From: Octopus sinensis
Lineage: Eukaryota
Length of the DNA: 64,000 nucleotides
NCBI RefSeq assembly: GCF_006345805.1
Contig: NC_043006.1
Coordinates: forward strand, 42,532,001 to 42,596,000
Reading direction: 5' to 3'
The notes under the pieces were generated by a model. It did no database searches. It saw nothing but the letters and a program-made list of their open reading frames with translations, and was not told where the DNA came from. Positions 12,576-25,620 of this stretch are shown here, in pieces. Made by a program: the position numbers and the translations under genes. Within the stretch, counting starts at the first letter, position 1. Each line of letters starts with the position of its first letter.

Positions 12576-12922
12576 TTGAAACATTCTTATTCCCCCAAAA
12601 TAGTCGCAAGTGTTGTATAACACGTGCTAATATTCTTTTGTTTTATTCTTTACCCTTAATTAAATATGGCTTCTCAAACGAAACTTGAACAAATTGTAGC
12701 ATTGAAAATGGTTGGTAAAAAGAATTGTGAAGTGATAAAACAGTTTAATAAAAGAATAAAGATTATGGTGAAAGGAAAGGGGGAGCCATTTTGAATTTCA
12801 AATATATGTAAAACATTGTCAATGAATCTTAACAATCGACCTGTAAATTTTCATAAACGAAAAGCTAAGATTTTTATTTCATTATTAAATAAATAATTGG
12901 TAAATTTATATGCGATACCTGG
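12510..12922 (+). mobile_element. Internally deleted Tc1/maT-like DNA transposon (413 bp)
   Basis: TA TSDs at 12508-09 and 12923-24; imperfect TIRs CCGGGTACGGCATAT / ATATGCGATACCTGG; mini-ORF from 12666 joins an N-terminal IVALKMVGKKN to a C-terminal KRIKIMVKGKGSHFE. Confidence 0.7.
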
Positions 12923-13199
12923 TACAGTGCTGCTTGAAGAGATGGAACATTGTAGGTTTGGGTGTGAGTCGTTTGAGCGCGGCCATTTTTGTGCTGTCTG
13001 TTTTACGTCGCTAATTCGACGCTGGCTTGTTTGACATCAGTCGTTTTAATGTTCCTCTCGTTCTCTCCCCCACCTACCACCGCCACCACCACCTATGTGT
13101 CTACGTATCTATCTATGTGTGAGCGCTTTTCTCTTGATGTGTGTTTATGTCACTCATGTTCATTTAATGAATTGTAATGCTTCTCTTTCACTCATTCTA

Positions 13200-13435
13200 T
13201 CTGTATGTGTATAATTTGTGTGTGTGTGTGTGTGTGTGGTGTGTGTGTGTGTGTGTGTGTGCGTGCGTGTGTACATGTGTGTGTGTGTGCGTACATGTGT
13301 GTGTGCGTGCGTATGTGTATGAGTGTGTGTATATATATGCATGCATATGTGTCTGTGTATGTGTGTGTATGTGTATGTTTGTGTTTGTGTGTGTATGTGT
13401 GTGTGTGTGCGTGTGTGTGTGTGCGCGCGCGTGTC
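13200..13435. repeat. (GT)n/(GTAT)n microsatellite
   Basis: Directly visible. Confidence 0.95.
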
Positions 13436-13804
13436 CAATGCCAAAAACATACTGCTGCCAAAATAGGCTGAATATCCAACCAGCCGTGCCCAAATCGTCT
13501 GCACCGAAACAGCTGCGCCAAATCGTCTCATACCGCACGGAGTGTATACGTACATTCACAGTGTGTTACAAGGCTAACATTAAGCTTAGCAATGGATACA
13601 CAGCAGAGATGTGTGAACTGGAAAGAGAAGCAGATAATGGTTCTTCGTGAATATAACTGAGTCGCGCGAAAAAAAAAAAGGTAAGCTGATAGTAAACAAC
13701 AAATCCTCAGCAAAGAACGAAACAAAAGAGTCAAAATATCAGCAGCATGATGGGAATGTCTAAAAGAACAAGGTAACTATATACAAACAAGAGTTTTAAT
13801 TTAG

Positions 13805-13990
13805 GCTGACGACCAAAAGGTTTGAGGTGAGGTGGTGGAATTAGTTGAATATAACAACCCAGTACTTCAGTAGTGCTTTATTTAATCACCCCCGAAAGGA
13901 TGAAAGGTAAAGTTAATCTTAGTAGGTTTTGAACGCAGAATGTAAAAAAACCAGAACAATTACGCCAAAGCAACTTTTTCCGACGCTCGA
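13805..13990 (-). mobile_element. Degenerate family B-like SINE
   Basis: CCCCGAAAGGATGAAAGGTAAAGT...TTTGAACGCAGAA core. Confidence 0.6.
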
Positions 13991-14258
13991 AAAGTAAATT
14001 TGTCAATTGACTTCATTTTGGTTAATATAGAAAAGATTGAGGTAACTCCTCCTGAAGATATAGAGTCAAAATTAAAAGAAGAGTGCCATTGTTATCTAGT
14101 GAACGATATTTCGACAATAGCAATCTTCTTTTAATTTTGACTCTATATCTTCAGGAGGCGTTACCTCAATATTTTCTATATTAACCAAAATGAAGTAGAT
14201 TGACAAATTTATCTTTTGAACCAGTTGATAACACACAAGATGTCGAAATATCGTTCAC
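13991..14258. repeat. Nested inverted repeat (~100-bp arms plus an 18-bp secondary inversion)
   Basis: 13991-14092 pairs with 14114-14216; 14099-14116 pairs with 14241-14258. Confidence 0.85.
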
Positions 14259-14296
14259 ATAATAATAATGATGATGATGATGATGATGATGATGAT

Positions 14297-14510
14297 AATC
14301 CTTTCTGCTATAGCACAAGGGCTGACAATTGCGGGGAGAGAACTAGTTGATTATATCGACCCCAGTGCGTGACTGGTACTTAATTTATCGACCCCGAAAG
14401 GATGAAAGGTAAAGTCGACCTCGGCGGAATTTGAACTCAGAACGTAACGGCAGACGAAATACCGCTGAGCATTTCGCCCTGCGTGCTAACGATTCTGCCA
14501 GCTCGCCGCC
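14297..14510 (-). mobile_element. SINE family B, full length
   Basis: On the - strand AAGGCGGCGAGCTGGCAGAA...GAGTTCAAATTCC (B box)...GAAAGGATTAT; flanked by trinucleotide repeats. Confidence 0.9.
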
Positions 14511-14571
<61 letters not shown>

Positions 14572-14582
14572 TAATAATAATA

Positions 14583-15320
14583 ATGGTGAAGATTTCCCGC
14601 CCGGCACGCCCGAAACCAGCCGCATCAGGGAGCAGTGACCTAGCCTCAGACGGTCGTTATGTCATAACGAATAAAAGAATAAAAGAAAAAGAATAGTGAA
14701 GTTGACGGTGTCTAGGAAAGGCCACATAGAGTGTGTAGTGGAAGAAACTGCTAACTAATTTACAAACGTTCTTCGAAGTCATGTAATGCACGAGGATGGC
14801 AATATACCGGGTGTGCGCAAAAAGAGACATAAGTGGACGAAGGAAGAGTACGATACACTTATTGAATGTCATGAAAGAACAAAGCTGGAAAGAAGTCCCG
14901 GAGTAGGCCGACGTACCTTGAAATTTTGGATGGAAGAGGGCATGTGTCCAATGTCAGAAAATAAACTAATGAACCAAATGAGAGTGATTAGGAGGAAAGG
15001 TTACTTAACTGGAGTAGAAATATCTCGGATTAGCGAGAGTCTGAGAGACCCTGCGGATGGGCTACAAGACTGTATGGAATGCGAGAGGGTAATATAAAAG
15101 TGAAACCAATGGTAATCGGAGCGTTGGGCTCAATCCAATTGAAACTTCAAGACTTCTTAAGGTAACTCGAAATCTCATGCAAGATTGATGTCTTGCAAAA
15201 TGCAGCCTTATTGGGCACAGCGCACATCTAACGGAAAGTATTATCTGTCTGAGGTCCTTGACAGATGACTAAAGACTTCGGTACATTTTTATCTGCACTG
15301 TGTTACGAAGGAATAGTAAT
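14583..15320 (+). mobile_element. Internally deleted R4/Dong-clade non-LTR retrotransposon with a 146-bp insertion
   Basis: N-terminal Myb-like RKKRHKWTKEEY...ENKLMNQMRVIRRKGYL joined at ~15040 to the C-terminal PMVIGALGS...LQNAALLGTAHI*RKVL; (TAA)n upstream, AATAGTAAT downstream. Confidence 0.8.
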
Positions 15321-15527
15321 CCTTTCTACTATAGGTACAAGGACTGAAATTTGAGGGAGGCAGACATTGATTACATCGACCCCAGTGTTCCACTGATACT
15401 TAATTTATCGACCCCGAAAGGAGGAAAGGCAAAGTCGACCTTGGCGGAATCTGAACCCAGAACGTGAGGACGGACGAAATGCCGCTAAGAATTTTGCTAC
15501 CGATTCTGTCATTTAGCAGTAGCCGCC

Positions 15528-15528
<1 letters not shown>
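15318..15528 (-). mobile_element. SINE family B, full length
   Basis: Same consensus as 14297-14510; abuts (TAA)n/(CAA)n at 15529-15620. Confidence 0.9.
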
Positions 15529-15603
<75 letters not shown>

Positions 15604-15699
15604 CAACAACAACAACAACATACAAGAACCAATATCTAGACATATATGCTTCAGGAAAAACACAGATAATACATGTCATAACAGCGATCCTTCTTCTAT

Positions 15700-15768
15700 T
15701 AATACATACATCAATACACATACTTACATACACATTTACAAGTACGCACACACACACACACAAGCACA

Positions 15769-15805
<37 letters not shown>

Positions 15806-16629
15806 ACAGTATCTTTCTCTCTCAAACATCTGAATATATTCTATTTAATAGGTTACAAATACCACCAATGTAGATACATCCTAAAAAAAAAAAATGGTTG
15901 GGGCGGTTTTCGGTGTGTGTGTGTGTGGTTAGCTAAATGTATGTGGACACATATATGTATGTACAAGTGTATATGTGTACGTACGTATAGATTTTGATGT
16001 AGTGTTGTTACGTGGACATACCTATATACAAATTCGATCATACATATATGTACATATACATCTAATGTACTTTTACGTGTGTATTTGTTGCGTACACATG
16101 GGTGCACACATGTACATATATATATATATATATATATATGTTCAACCTTACATATCCACACACATACACACACACGCACAAACACACACACATACACACA
16201 CACACACATATATATACTTAAATGTGTGTTTATATTTGAATGGGCGTGAGCTCCCACTGAGGCACCAATAGAAAGCATTACTATACGCCATTATTCATAC
16301 ACGCTAAATATTTACGTACATATATATATATATATATATATACAAAGTCATATATACGCATTTACTCACGTAAAGCATAAATACATACATTCGTACATAC
16401 AGACGCGTATACACATACATATACATTGGTATATATATATATATATTTATATTGTATATACATACTCATATACACACATACCTACACATATATACACATA
16501 CATACAAATGCATCACCACACAACCATAATACATGCATATATATACATACATATACATACATACATATACATACATACATACATACACATATATATATAA
16601 TATATATATGTATATGTATATATGTATAT

Positions 16630-16712
<83 letters not shown>

Positions 16713-17423
16713 TTATACATACATTGGTACATACATACTTATCTACGTACATACATACACACACATAAATACATAATTACGTACCTACCTACGTACATAC
16801 ATATATACATACATACATACATACATACATACATACATACATACATACATACATACATACATACTACATACATACATAGAAATAGTGATGTCCACAAATA
16901 TTTATTTTTTACCATCAACTCACTCAATCAATATTGATTCTACACGACAGTAAACGTCAAAATCAATTGCTTTAATGGAGTCAGCATGGACATTAAAATT
17001 AATTTATCAAATGAAAAGCATTTAAACATTTTTATGGGATATTTATAGGATATTTATCAAGTGAATTGTATGCAGGCATAGCTTCGTGATGTTTTAAGAT
17101 GTTTATCATAATATATGATTTCTCTGTTACTTGTGTTTGTATGTATAAAAATGCATACGTATGTATGTATGTATGTATGTATGTGTGTATGTATGTATGT
17201 ATGTATGTATGTATGTATGTATGTATGTATGTATGCATGTATGCATGCATGCATGCATGTATGTATGTATGTATGTATGTATGTATGTATGTATGTATGT
17301 ATGTATGTATGTATGCATGTATGTATATATATGTTGGTAAATATATGTACGTTTGTAAGTATGTATGTATATATATATAATGAAAGGTTGTAAGTATGCA
17401 TGCATGTATATATGTATCTATGC

Positions 17424-17454
<31 letters not shown>

Positions 17455-17780
17455 TATGTTGGTAAATATATGTACGTTTGTAAGTATGTATGTGTATATA
17501 TATTATGAATGGTTGTAAGTATGCATGTATGTATGTATCTATGCATATGTATGTATGTATGTATGTACGTATGCATGCATGCATTTTTGCGTGCATTTGT
17601 GCTTTGTGTACGTGTGAAAGTATGTCTCTACACATGCATATATATATATATACATTTGTACATATATACACACATATATACATACATGCACACATAATCA
17701 CACATAAACATACACTTGCATATATGTATGTATATCTATCTGTTCATCCACCACGCTAACACACACACATACACACACGC
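15700..17780. repeat. Extended mosaic of (CA)n, (TA)n, (CATA)n and (TATG)n
   Basis: Directly visible; accounts for all YI/MYVC ORFs here. Confidence 0.9.
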
Positions 17781-19317
17781 ATATAAACTCGACGAAAGTA
17801 TATAAAATATAAAAGCCCCAAACCTGAAAAAAAAAACCCGCCTTATAACTCCACATGATATTTGTATTCGAATACAGCCAACGATCCGAGGAAGCTAAAA
17901 AATCCTCAAATAATACATGAGGATTTTTAACAAATTAGTTTATAAAAATAATAGCAAAAACAACAAATGTATAAAAATCAATATTTAAGCAAACAGTATA
18001 TTGGCAAAAATGTGAAGAAACGCTCCTTACTAAACAAAACTGAAATAAAATAACCAAAACAAAACCTAAGCAATCAAATAAACAAGCCCAAAGAACTCTT
18101 TAATAAAAGGAACGTTTCAAATAAGTCAGTAGAGACCAACCAGTGCAATCGAGAATTATACGTCCATACTAATAGACACATTCACCGATTAATGGCAGTT
18201 CTTGCCTGATGATCATTGTAGCATGAAACTTGTGTTACCAAAATGGAATTCAGTCGTGTTTGTGTGTGGTGAGTCTGTGTTTATTTGCGTGTGCTTGATG
18301 ACGTAGGCTTGCCCGTTTCGCACTCCTTGGATTCTAGGTTAAATGCCATTTATAATTGATTCAAGTCAGTCCATGCTACGTGAGTGGAAGTGTTGAGGCG
18401 GGAACTTTATACAAGTCCGTCTGAAGGATCCTATTTTCAATTCAAATGTCCTGATTGATCATATTGCATCAGACTAATTCGGTATGAAAATTACGTTCAA
18501 GATACACACACGTGTCTTAGAATTCTCACTCCTTCGCACGTCAGTCCAATACAGAAGCAAGAAATTACGACGAAATAACCTGATGTGCAAAAGCGACACA
18601 TGTATGCAGGTAAAACACCTAGATGGGGCAGCCAATGCAGACACTGTAAAGTCAATCCGAAGAATGTCTTTTATATCAAAAAATGTCATCACAGTATATG
18701 TGTCTATGCGGTACGATGTCATGACCAAAACATTATACAATGTTATCTGCTAGAAAGAAAATCTCCAGGATAACAATATTTGAATTTAAAATTCATTATT
18801 ATCAATGGAAGCAGTATTAGTTCAAAATGGCATTCTCTATATATTAATCTAAATGTAGATTCCAGCTTCTTCGAAGTAATTCCACGGCCGCTGTTGAATG
18901 TTTTACGTCTGCTGTTGGTGTTCTCAGTGTGTTTTTTAGCGCTGTACGTCTGTACTTATACTTTCTCGAGACGAATACCGTAGTTGTATGACTTTCTGCA
19001 ATATACCCACGTTAAGATATACAGAATGCTATTAGAAGTGATAGAGATGTAGAGGACGTAATAATTCATAATATGAAAGAATACATGTGAAGTGTTCCTG
19101 TAAAAACTCCAGAAAAAGATAAGCGTAACATGTTAGACACAGGAATCTGTGACCTAAGGAAAAAAAAAGCTGTGATCAGCACTGAAATTAAGTTACCCAA
19201 CAGATGCTTACATAAGGCTAAATACTGGTGAAGAAGAATATAACTCTGCTGATCGAATGAATATTCTACAGATACTCTACCAGGACGAAAGCTTTAGATT
19301 TGATGTATGGATATGTA

Positions 19318-19864
19318 TTGGGTTGTCCGGAAAGTTCGAGTCAATTTATAGTAGCTTACCTCTCGACTTATTTTAGAACATGGTTGCGTCTATAAAATAG
19401 GATTTGACTACACCTCCATTTAGAGCACAGTTTAAGCTATCTTTTCGTGGAAGAAGGTTAACCTGTGTTAATTCTGTAACCCTTTAAAATGGAAGATAAG
19501 AAAGTTCATTTTCAGCACTTGATGCTTTGGAAACCAGACAAAAATTGCTGCAGCTCGGCTGGGATGTGTTACCCCACCCTCCATATTCACCAGATATTGC
19601 TCCTTCGGATTTCCACTTATTCAGGTCTCTGCAGAATAGTCTTAATGGTAAAAATTTCAATTCCCTGGATGACGTAAAAAGATACCTTGATGGATTCTTA
19701 ACCATGAAACCACCTCAATTCTGGGAAGAGGGTATTAAAGGAAAGATGGAGACGCATTGTGCAACAAAATGGTTCATATTTGGTTGATTAAAAATGTAAT
19801 GGCAAGTATTTATTGACCTTTTTCTTTCCTTAAAAAATTGGCACGAACTTTCCGGACAACCCAA
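19318..19864 (+). mobile_element. Internally deleted mariner element (547 bp)
   Basis: TIR TTGGGTTGTCCGGAAAGTTCG at both ends with TA TSDs; N-terminus MEDKKVHFQHLMLW fused to LGWDVLPHPPYSPDIAPSDFHLFRSLQ. Confidence 0.92.
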
Positions 19865-20169
19865 TAACTAACTGTTCCAACATTAATCTTGAGAAGCCAA
19901 GTTTCATAAAACCACATAAAACACAGTTAATTAATTACAAATATAAATCATCAACGGTACAATAAAAATATGTAAAACATTTCAGAAATTTAGCATGCAA
20001 TAAGTGTATACACTTATATATACATACAAATATATGTTTGTGAACAATTACGTTAGTCAAAACATATATTTATACGTGCAATGATATCCATATTTGTGCA
20101 CATACATACGAGACCGCATACAAAGGTATTTTTTCTAGTGCTACTATGATGGCCCTTGCATCTTAGAAT

Positions 20170-21250
20170 TGGCGGGTGTCACACCATCTCCATTCTTCAC
20201 TGCACTGAAGAATGTTTCCGAGATCTCTCTTCGTATAATCTGAGGTCGCCTGTAATTGCGCGTGAATGTGGAAAGTTAAGGAGTAACGAATGAGATACAG
20301 GAGAGGGAATTGACAGAGATGACGGAAGTAGGTCGTTGGTGCTCAGGAAGAAGAGCGTAGTGGACAAATCCGAATCTTGGGCCACATCAGATTTAACAGA
20401 ATGTAGATCAGAGAAAGTGCCATCAGCACACGCTGCGATAATGCCATCTAGCAGGAAGTCACCAATCCAAGGGAAGAATTAAGTTAAAGGCAAGAAAATT
20501 TGCTATGAGATTAGCGTTCTAGAGACGGCCGAAAACTTAACCGGTCTCAAGTACAACAACTGTCATCAACAGTTTACATTGAACTCTTCGAGGGCGCGGA
20601 CCCTACATTTGAGTAACATGTGAGAATAGGCCCTCAGTAGATGAGGCTTTACGGAAGTGGAACGCGTGGTCATCACGGAGCGAAAAGGATTCAAAATGTT
20701 CAAGGCGGTCGTTAATGAGAGTCAACTTTCGGATGTTGGATCGAAGAGTGACAGTTAACATGCACGTGTACGTAATGGTGAAACAGGTGGAGTGGAAAGA
20801 GAGTTTTAGAGGAGATTTCCTTATGTAAGCAATGCGAAGTTGGACACAAAGTAAGAAGCAAAGGTGGAAGTTTCCTCTGCAGGGGAACTGCTTACAAACC
20901 TATCATGGCTGAACAGTGAAAGAAAGGTGGGTTTTGGAAATTTGGTAGGTATATCCTTTTGGAAAAAGATCAAAAGAATCAGCTGCAGTTAGGAATGTGC
21001 TTATGACCTGTGCAAAACACGGGAGTGGCTGTCACGTTTTAAATTATGGTTTTATGGGCGTTGTGGAGCTGGGTAAAAGCAGCCATACATGGAGTGTGCT
21101 TGGTTGTTCATATTAGGCAACATCACAAGATGGTTCAGCACTGAAACAAAGAAACTGTCAATGTAGCATGCTTCCCATTGTCGTGTGTGATAGTAAGAGA
21201 ATCAAATCGAGAAATCCGATTTTCTATTAGAGCTCGCGGGATTGTCTCTA
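20170..21250 (-). mobile_element. Heavily degraded CR1/L2-type LINE reverse transcriptase fragment
   Basis: Frame-broken remnants LINDRLEHF..DHAFHFRKASST, WIGDFL, and VAQDSDLSTTLFFLSTNDLL (decayed GVPQGS.L.P.LF...INDL). Confidence 0.6.
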
Positions 21251-21427
21251 TTGTAGAATCTGTGATGGGAATGACCTCAAGGCATCATGTATAATGATGA
21301 TGTAACATGTTAATAAGTTGTAATAAACAACATGACAAGGCGTTGCATTGTTGGACGATCAAGTCGGAAAGACTCTTGTAAGCATATACTGTCGGCGGCT
21401 TCGAATTACTGTGTTACAATTAAATCC

Positions 21428-21519
<92 letters not shown>

Positions 21520-21542
21520 ACATACATAAATATATATATATA

Positions 21543-22768
21543 TTGGGTTGGCAACTAAGATACCGCCGTTTTTTAAATCTAAAAGTTTTAAAAGCTTTAA
21601 TATAAGATAACAACTAATTAATAGATAATGTATTCACCCTTGTTGTTTACAACTTCTTCCCAACGTTCAACAAGATTTTCAATACCTCGATTGTAAAAAT
21701 CACCTGATTTTGACTCGAAAAGTTGATCCAACCAACCTCTCAATCCTGCACCAGTATTGAACGAAACTCCACGCACAGCATTTGAAAGAGATCGAAAGAG
21801 GTGGAAATCCGTTGGTGCCAAATCAGGAGAGTACAGCGGGTGTGACAGCACTTCCCAGCCTTGCGTTTGAATGGCTTCCTTGGTCATATTGACGATATGA
21901 GGGCGGGCGCTGTCGTGCAGCAGAAGAGCTCCATGCTGCCGATTAGATCTTTTCTCTTGAATAGCCGTGTTGAGTCGTTCCATCTGTTGACCGTTTGGTT
22001 CCGTTCAAGCAATGGATATCTTAATGGATAATCCCTTCCCAGTCCCACCATACGCACAACATCGTTTTATGCAGATGAAGATCTTGTTTCACGCGCGGTG
22101 TCGCTTGTCATTCCGGGGCTAAGCCATTCCTTATGCTGCTTCATATTGATGTACAGGCACCATTTTTCGTCGCCAGTAACGATTCGGTAAAGAAATCGTT
22201 GCTTGTATCCATGAGTTGAGCGGTGACAAGCAAGCAAACCAGCGGCTCGTTGATTTTTGTTGTTGCTACTTAAAGCATGCGGAGCCCATGCTCAATATTT
22301 CTGAACCTTTCCCATCGATAGAACATGCTTCTCTATAACAGTGTGGGATCATTCCGTTTTTTTCTGCCAGTTCCCTTGTCGTTTGACGAGAATTTTCGTG
22401 CAAAAGTTGGTTTAATCGCTCTTCATCAAACCCAACTGGACAGCCAGAACGAGGTGTGTCTTTGAGGTCAAAATTTTCATTTTTGAACTTGGCATACCAA
22501 TCACGAGCGGTTCTTTCAGCTATAGCACCGTCTCCATACACAGCACAAATGTCGCGAGCAGCTTTTGCGGCTTTAGAACCTTGATTAAAAGCAAAAAGGA
22601 GGTGTCGAAAATGCTGGTTTTTCTTAACTTGACATTCCATTTTAATGATCTGAAAGTGAACAAAAATTAACTAAAGTTAACTAGAAAAAAAAAATAGATT
22701 CCAAAATTTAAAAACGCAATAGATTCCAAAATTAAAAAAAAACGGCGGGAACTTAGTTGCCAACCCAA
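21543..22768 (-). mobile_element. Near full-length mariner, inactive transposase
   Basis: ~32-bp TIRs (TTGGGTTGGCAACTAAG...) with TA TSDs, beside (TA)n; ORFs 22266..22640 (HTH) and 21618..21983 (HDSARPH, YSPDLAPTDFHLF). Confidence 0.95.
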
Positions 22769-23192
22769 TATATCTATATACAAGTACAGAGGGCGATGAG
22801 TATTTGAGGACATTTCGTTTTTATTTCATTACGCCTTCAAATTATTAGTGCATCATTTTTTTCCCGATAACTCTTTCAAGATATCATGCTAACTCAAAGA
22901 ATTAAAAGACATGCAGTCATAGTTGCTATACATGCAAACCAGAATGATTTAGAAATTAGGAACTTTCTAAATGTGGCAAGATCGGTTGGAATTGGACAAT
23001 AGCCGTATCACAATTCACAAGGGCTTGATCCCTGTGAGTTCTCTGATTGCTGACCAGGCCTGCATACCCAAGCATTTCCTCTCACAAACTACACATATAA
23101 CAAGCAACACTCTTTCATTTTCCGCAAATTCATTCTTTCTAAGACTTCTCTTGATCTTTTCATGCTTCATTTTCTCTCTTCTTGTATATATA

Positions 23193-24152
23193 CAGGGGTT
23201 GGACAAAATAATGAAAACACCTAGCATCATAGCATCATAATTTTGAAATATCTATAAAATCGTTAAAAGCTTGTTTATTTTTATGTTTTTGATTCATTAT
23301 TAGTGTTGCTTAATATGTTTTGATAAAATTGCTGTTTCTTTTCAGATATAATCAGAAAAAGGTAATTAAAATTCATTAAAATGACAGATCTATCGGACTT
23401 TCAAAGAGGTCACATTGTTGGTGCTCGTATGGCAGGCCCTAGCGTAACGAAAACAGTTGAAATGTTCGGTGTATCAAGAAGTACGGTCTCAAAAGTAATG
23501 ATAGCCTTTGAGAAGGAGGGAAAAACCTCTCCGTCGAAACAAAACTCCGAAAAAAAACGAAACTTTCAGACAGGGACCGTCGAACTCTTACGCGAATTGG
23601 AAGAAAGGATCACGAAAGTACAGCTCCCAAAATTACTGCAGAGCTTAATGACCACCCCGAGAACCCAGTTTCCACAAAAACTGTTCGCCGAGAGCTGCAC
23701 AAAGCTGGATTTCATAGGAGGGCTGCAATCAGAAAACCACTACTTCCAAAAGCAAATGTTGTAAAGCATTTAGAGTGGAATAAAAACCTACAGAATTGGG
23801 CCGTAGAGCAGTGGAAGAATGTTATTTTCTCGGACGAGTCATCCTTTACCTTATTTCCGACCATCAGCCGAGTATACGTGTGGAGACAACAAAAGAAGCA
23901 TTTAACCCACACTGCTTTCTTCCAACGCAACCTTTCAGCATGATAATGCACCAATTCACACAGCTAAAGTTGTTACTGAATGGCACGAGGAACATTCTAG
24001 TGAAGTTCAACATCTTATCTGGCCACCACAGTCCCCAGATCTCAATATTATTGAACATTTATGGTGCCTTTTCGAAAAACAAGTAAGGATTCGATATTCT
24101 CCACCATCATCACTACAAGAACTGGAGACTGTTTTAGCTGAAGAATTGACAA
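23193..24152 (+). mobile_element. Tc1-like transposon, right end missing
   Basis: TA-CAGGGGTTGGACAAAATAATG left TIR; MTDLSDFQRGHIVG HTH, VIFSDES, HDNAPIH, WPPQSPDLNIIEHLW with frameshifts and an internal deletion. Confidence 0.9.
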
Positions 24153-24194
24153 AAATATATATAGTGAAGATTTAAATATATAAATATATATATA

Positions 24195-24548
24195 TATTGT
24201 TATATTTCGGAATGGTCATTTTGCCAGTTTAGCCAATAAAAACACACGCACTATATATTTGGTGTTATTTTGCTTCAGTGTTATTTATTTTTTGCATTAA
24301 TCTTAATCTAATTTAGGCCAGAGTTCTTTCGTCACACTCCTGTGACTGCATCAGTGGTCCTTTGTTTTCTTCTTTCTTTTTTGTGTCTCGCCTTACTAAC
24401 CATCAGCCATTTTGTATTTCTATTGTATGTCTTCATTTGCGCATGCTTTATTGGGTAAACTGGCAAAATGACCATTACGAAATATAACAATATCTGTTTC
24501 AACACACGACTTCACATAAAAAATCTTGCACAACAAATATATAAACGT
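24195..24548 (+). mobile_element. Mini PLE: inverted pLTR plus ~100-bp 3' end, same family as 9319-10988
   Basis: 24195-24448 matches 9319-9570; 24449-24548 matches 10890-10988; (TA)n on both sides. Confidence 0.9.
24316..24360 (-). ncRNA. Minimal type I hammerhead (variant core CUGAUGCA)
   Basis: Reverse complement GGACCA-CTGATGCA-GTCAC..GTGAC-GAAA-GAAC-TC-TGGCC. Confidence 0.65.

Positions 24549-25620
<1,072 letters not shown>

Noticed and set aside
14583-14665. Possible HDV-like ribozyme at the R4 5' end
   Set aside because: No P1/P2/P3 pairing found; the segment reads as in-frame coding sequence.
23015-23230. 71-aa ORF next to the Tc1 element
   Set aside because: No recognisable motif; it starts inside the TIR.
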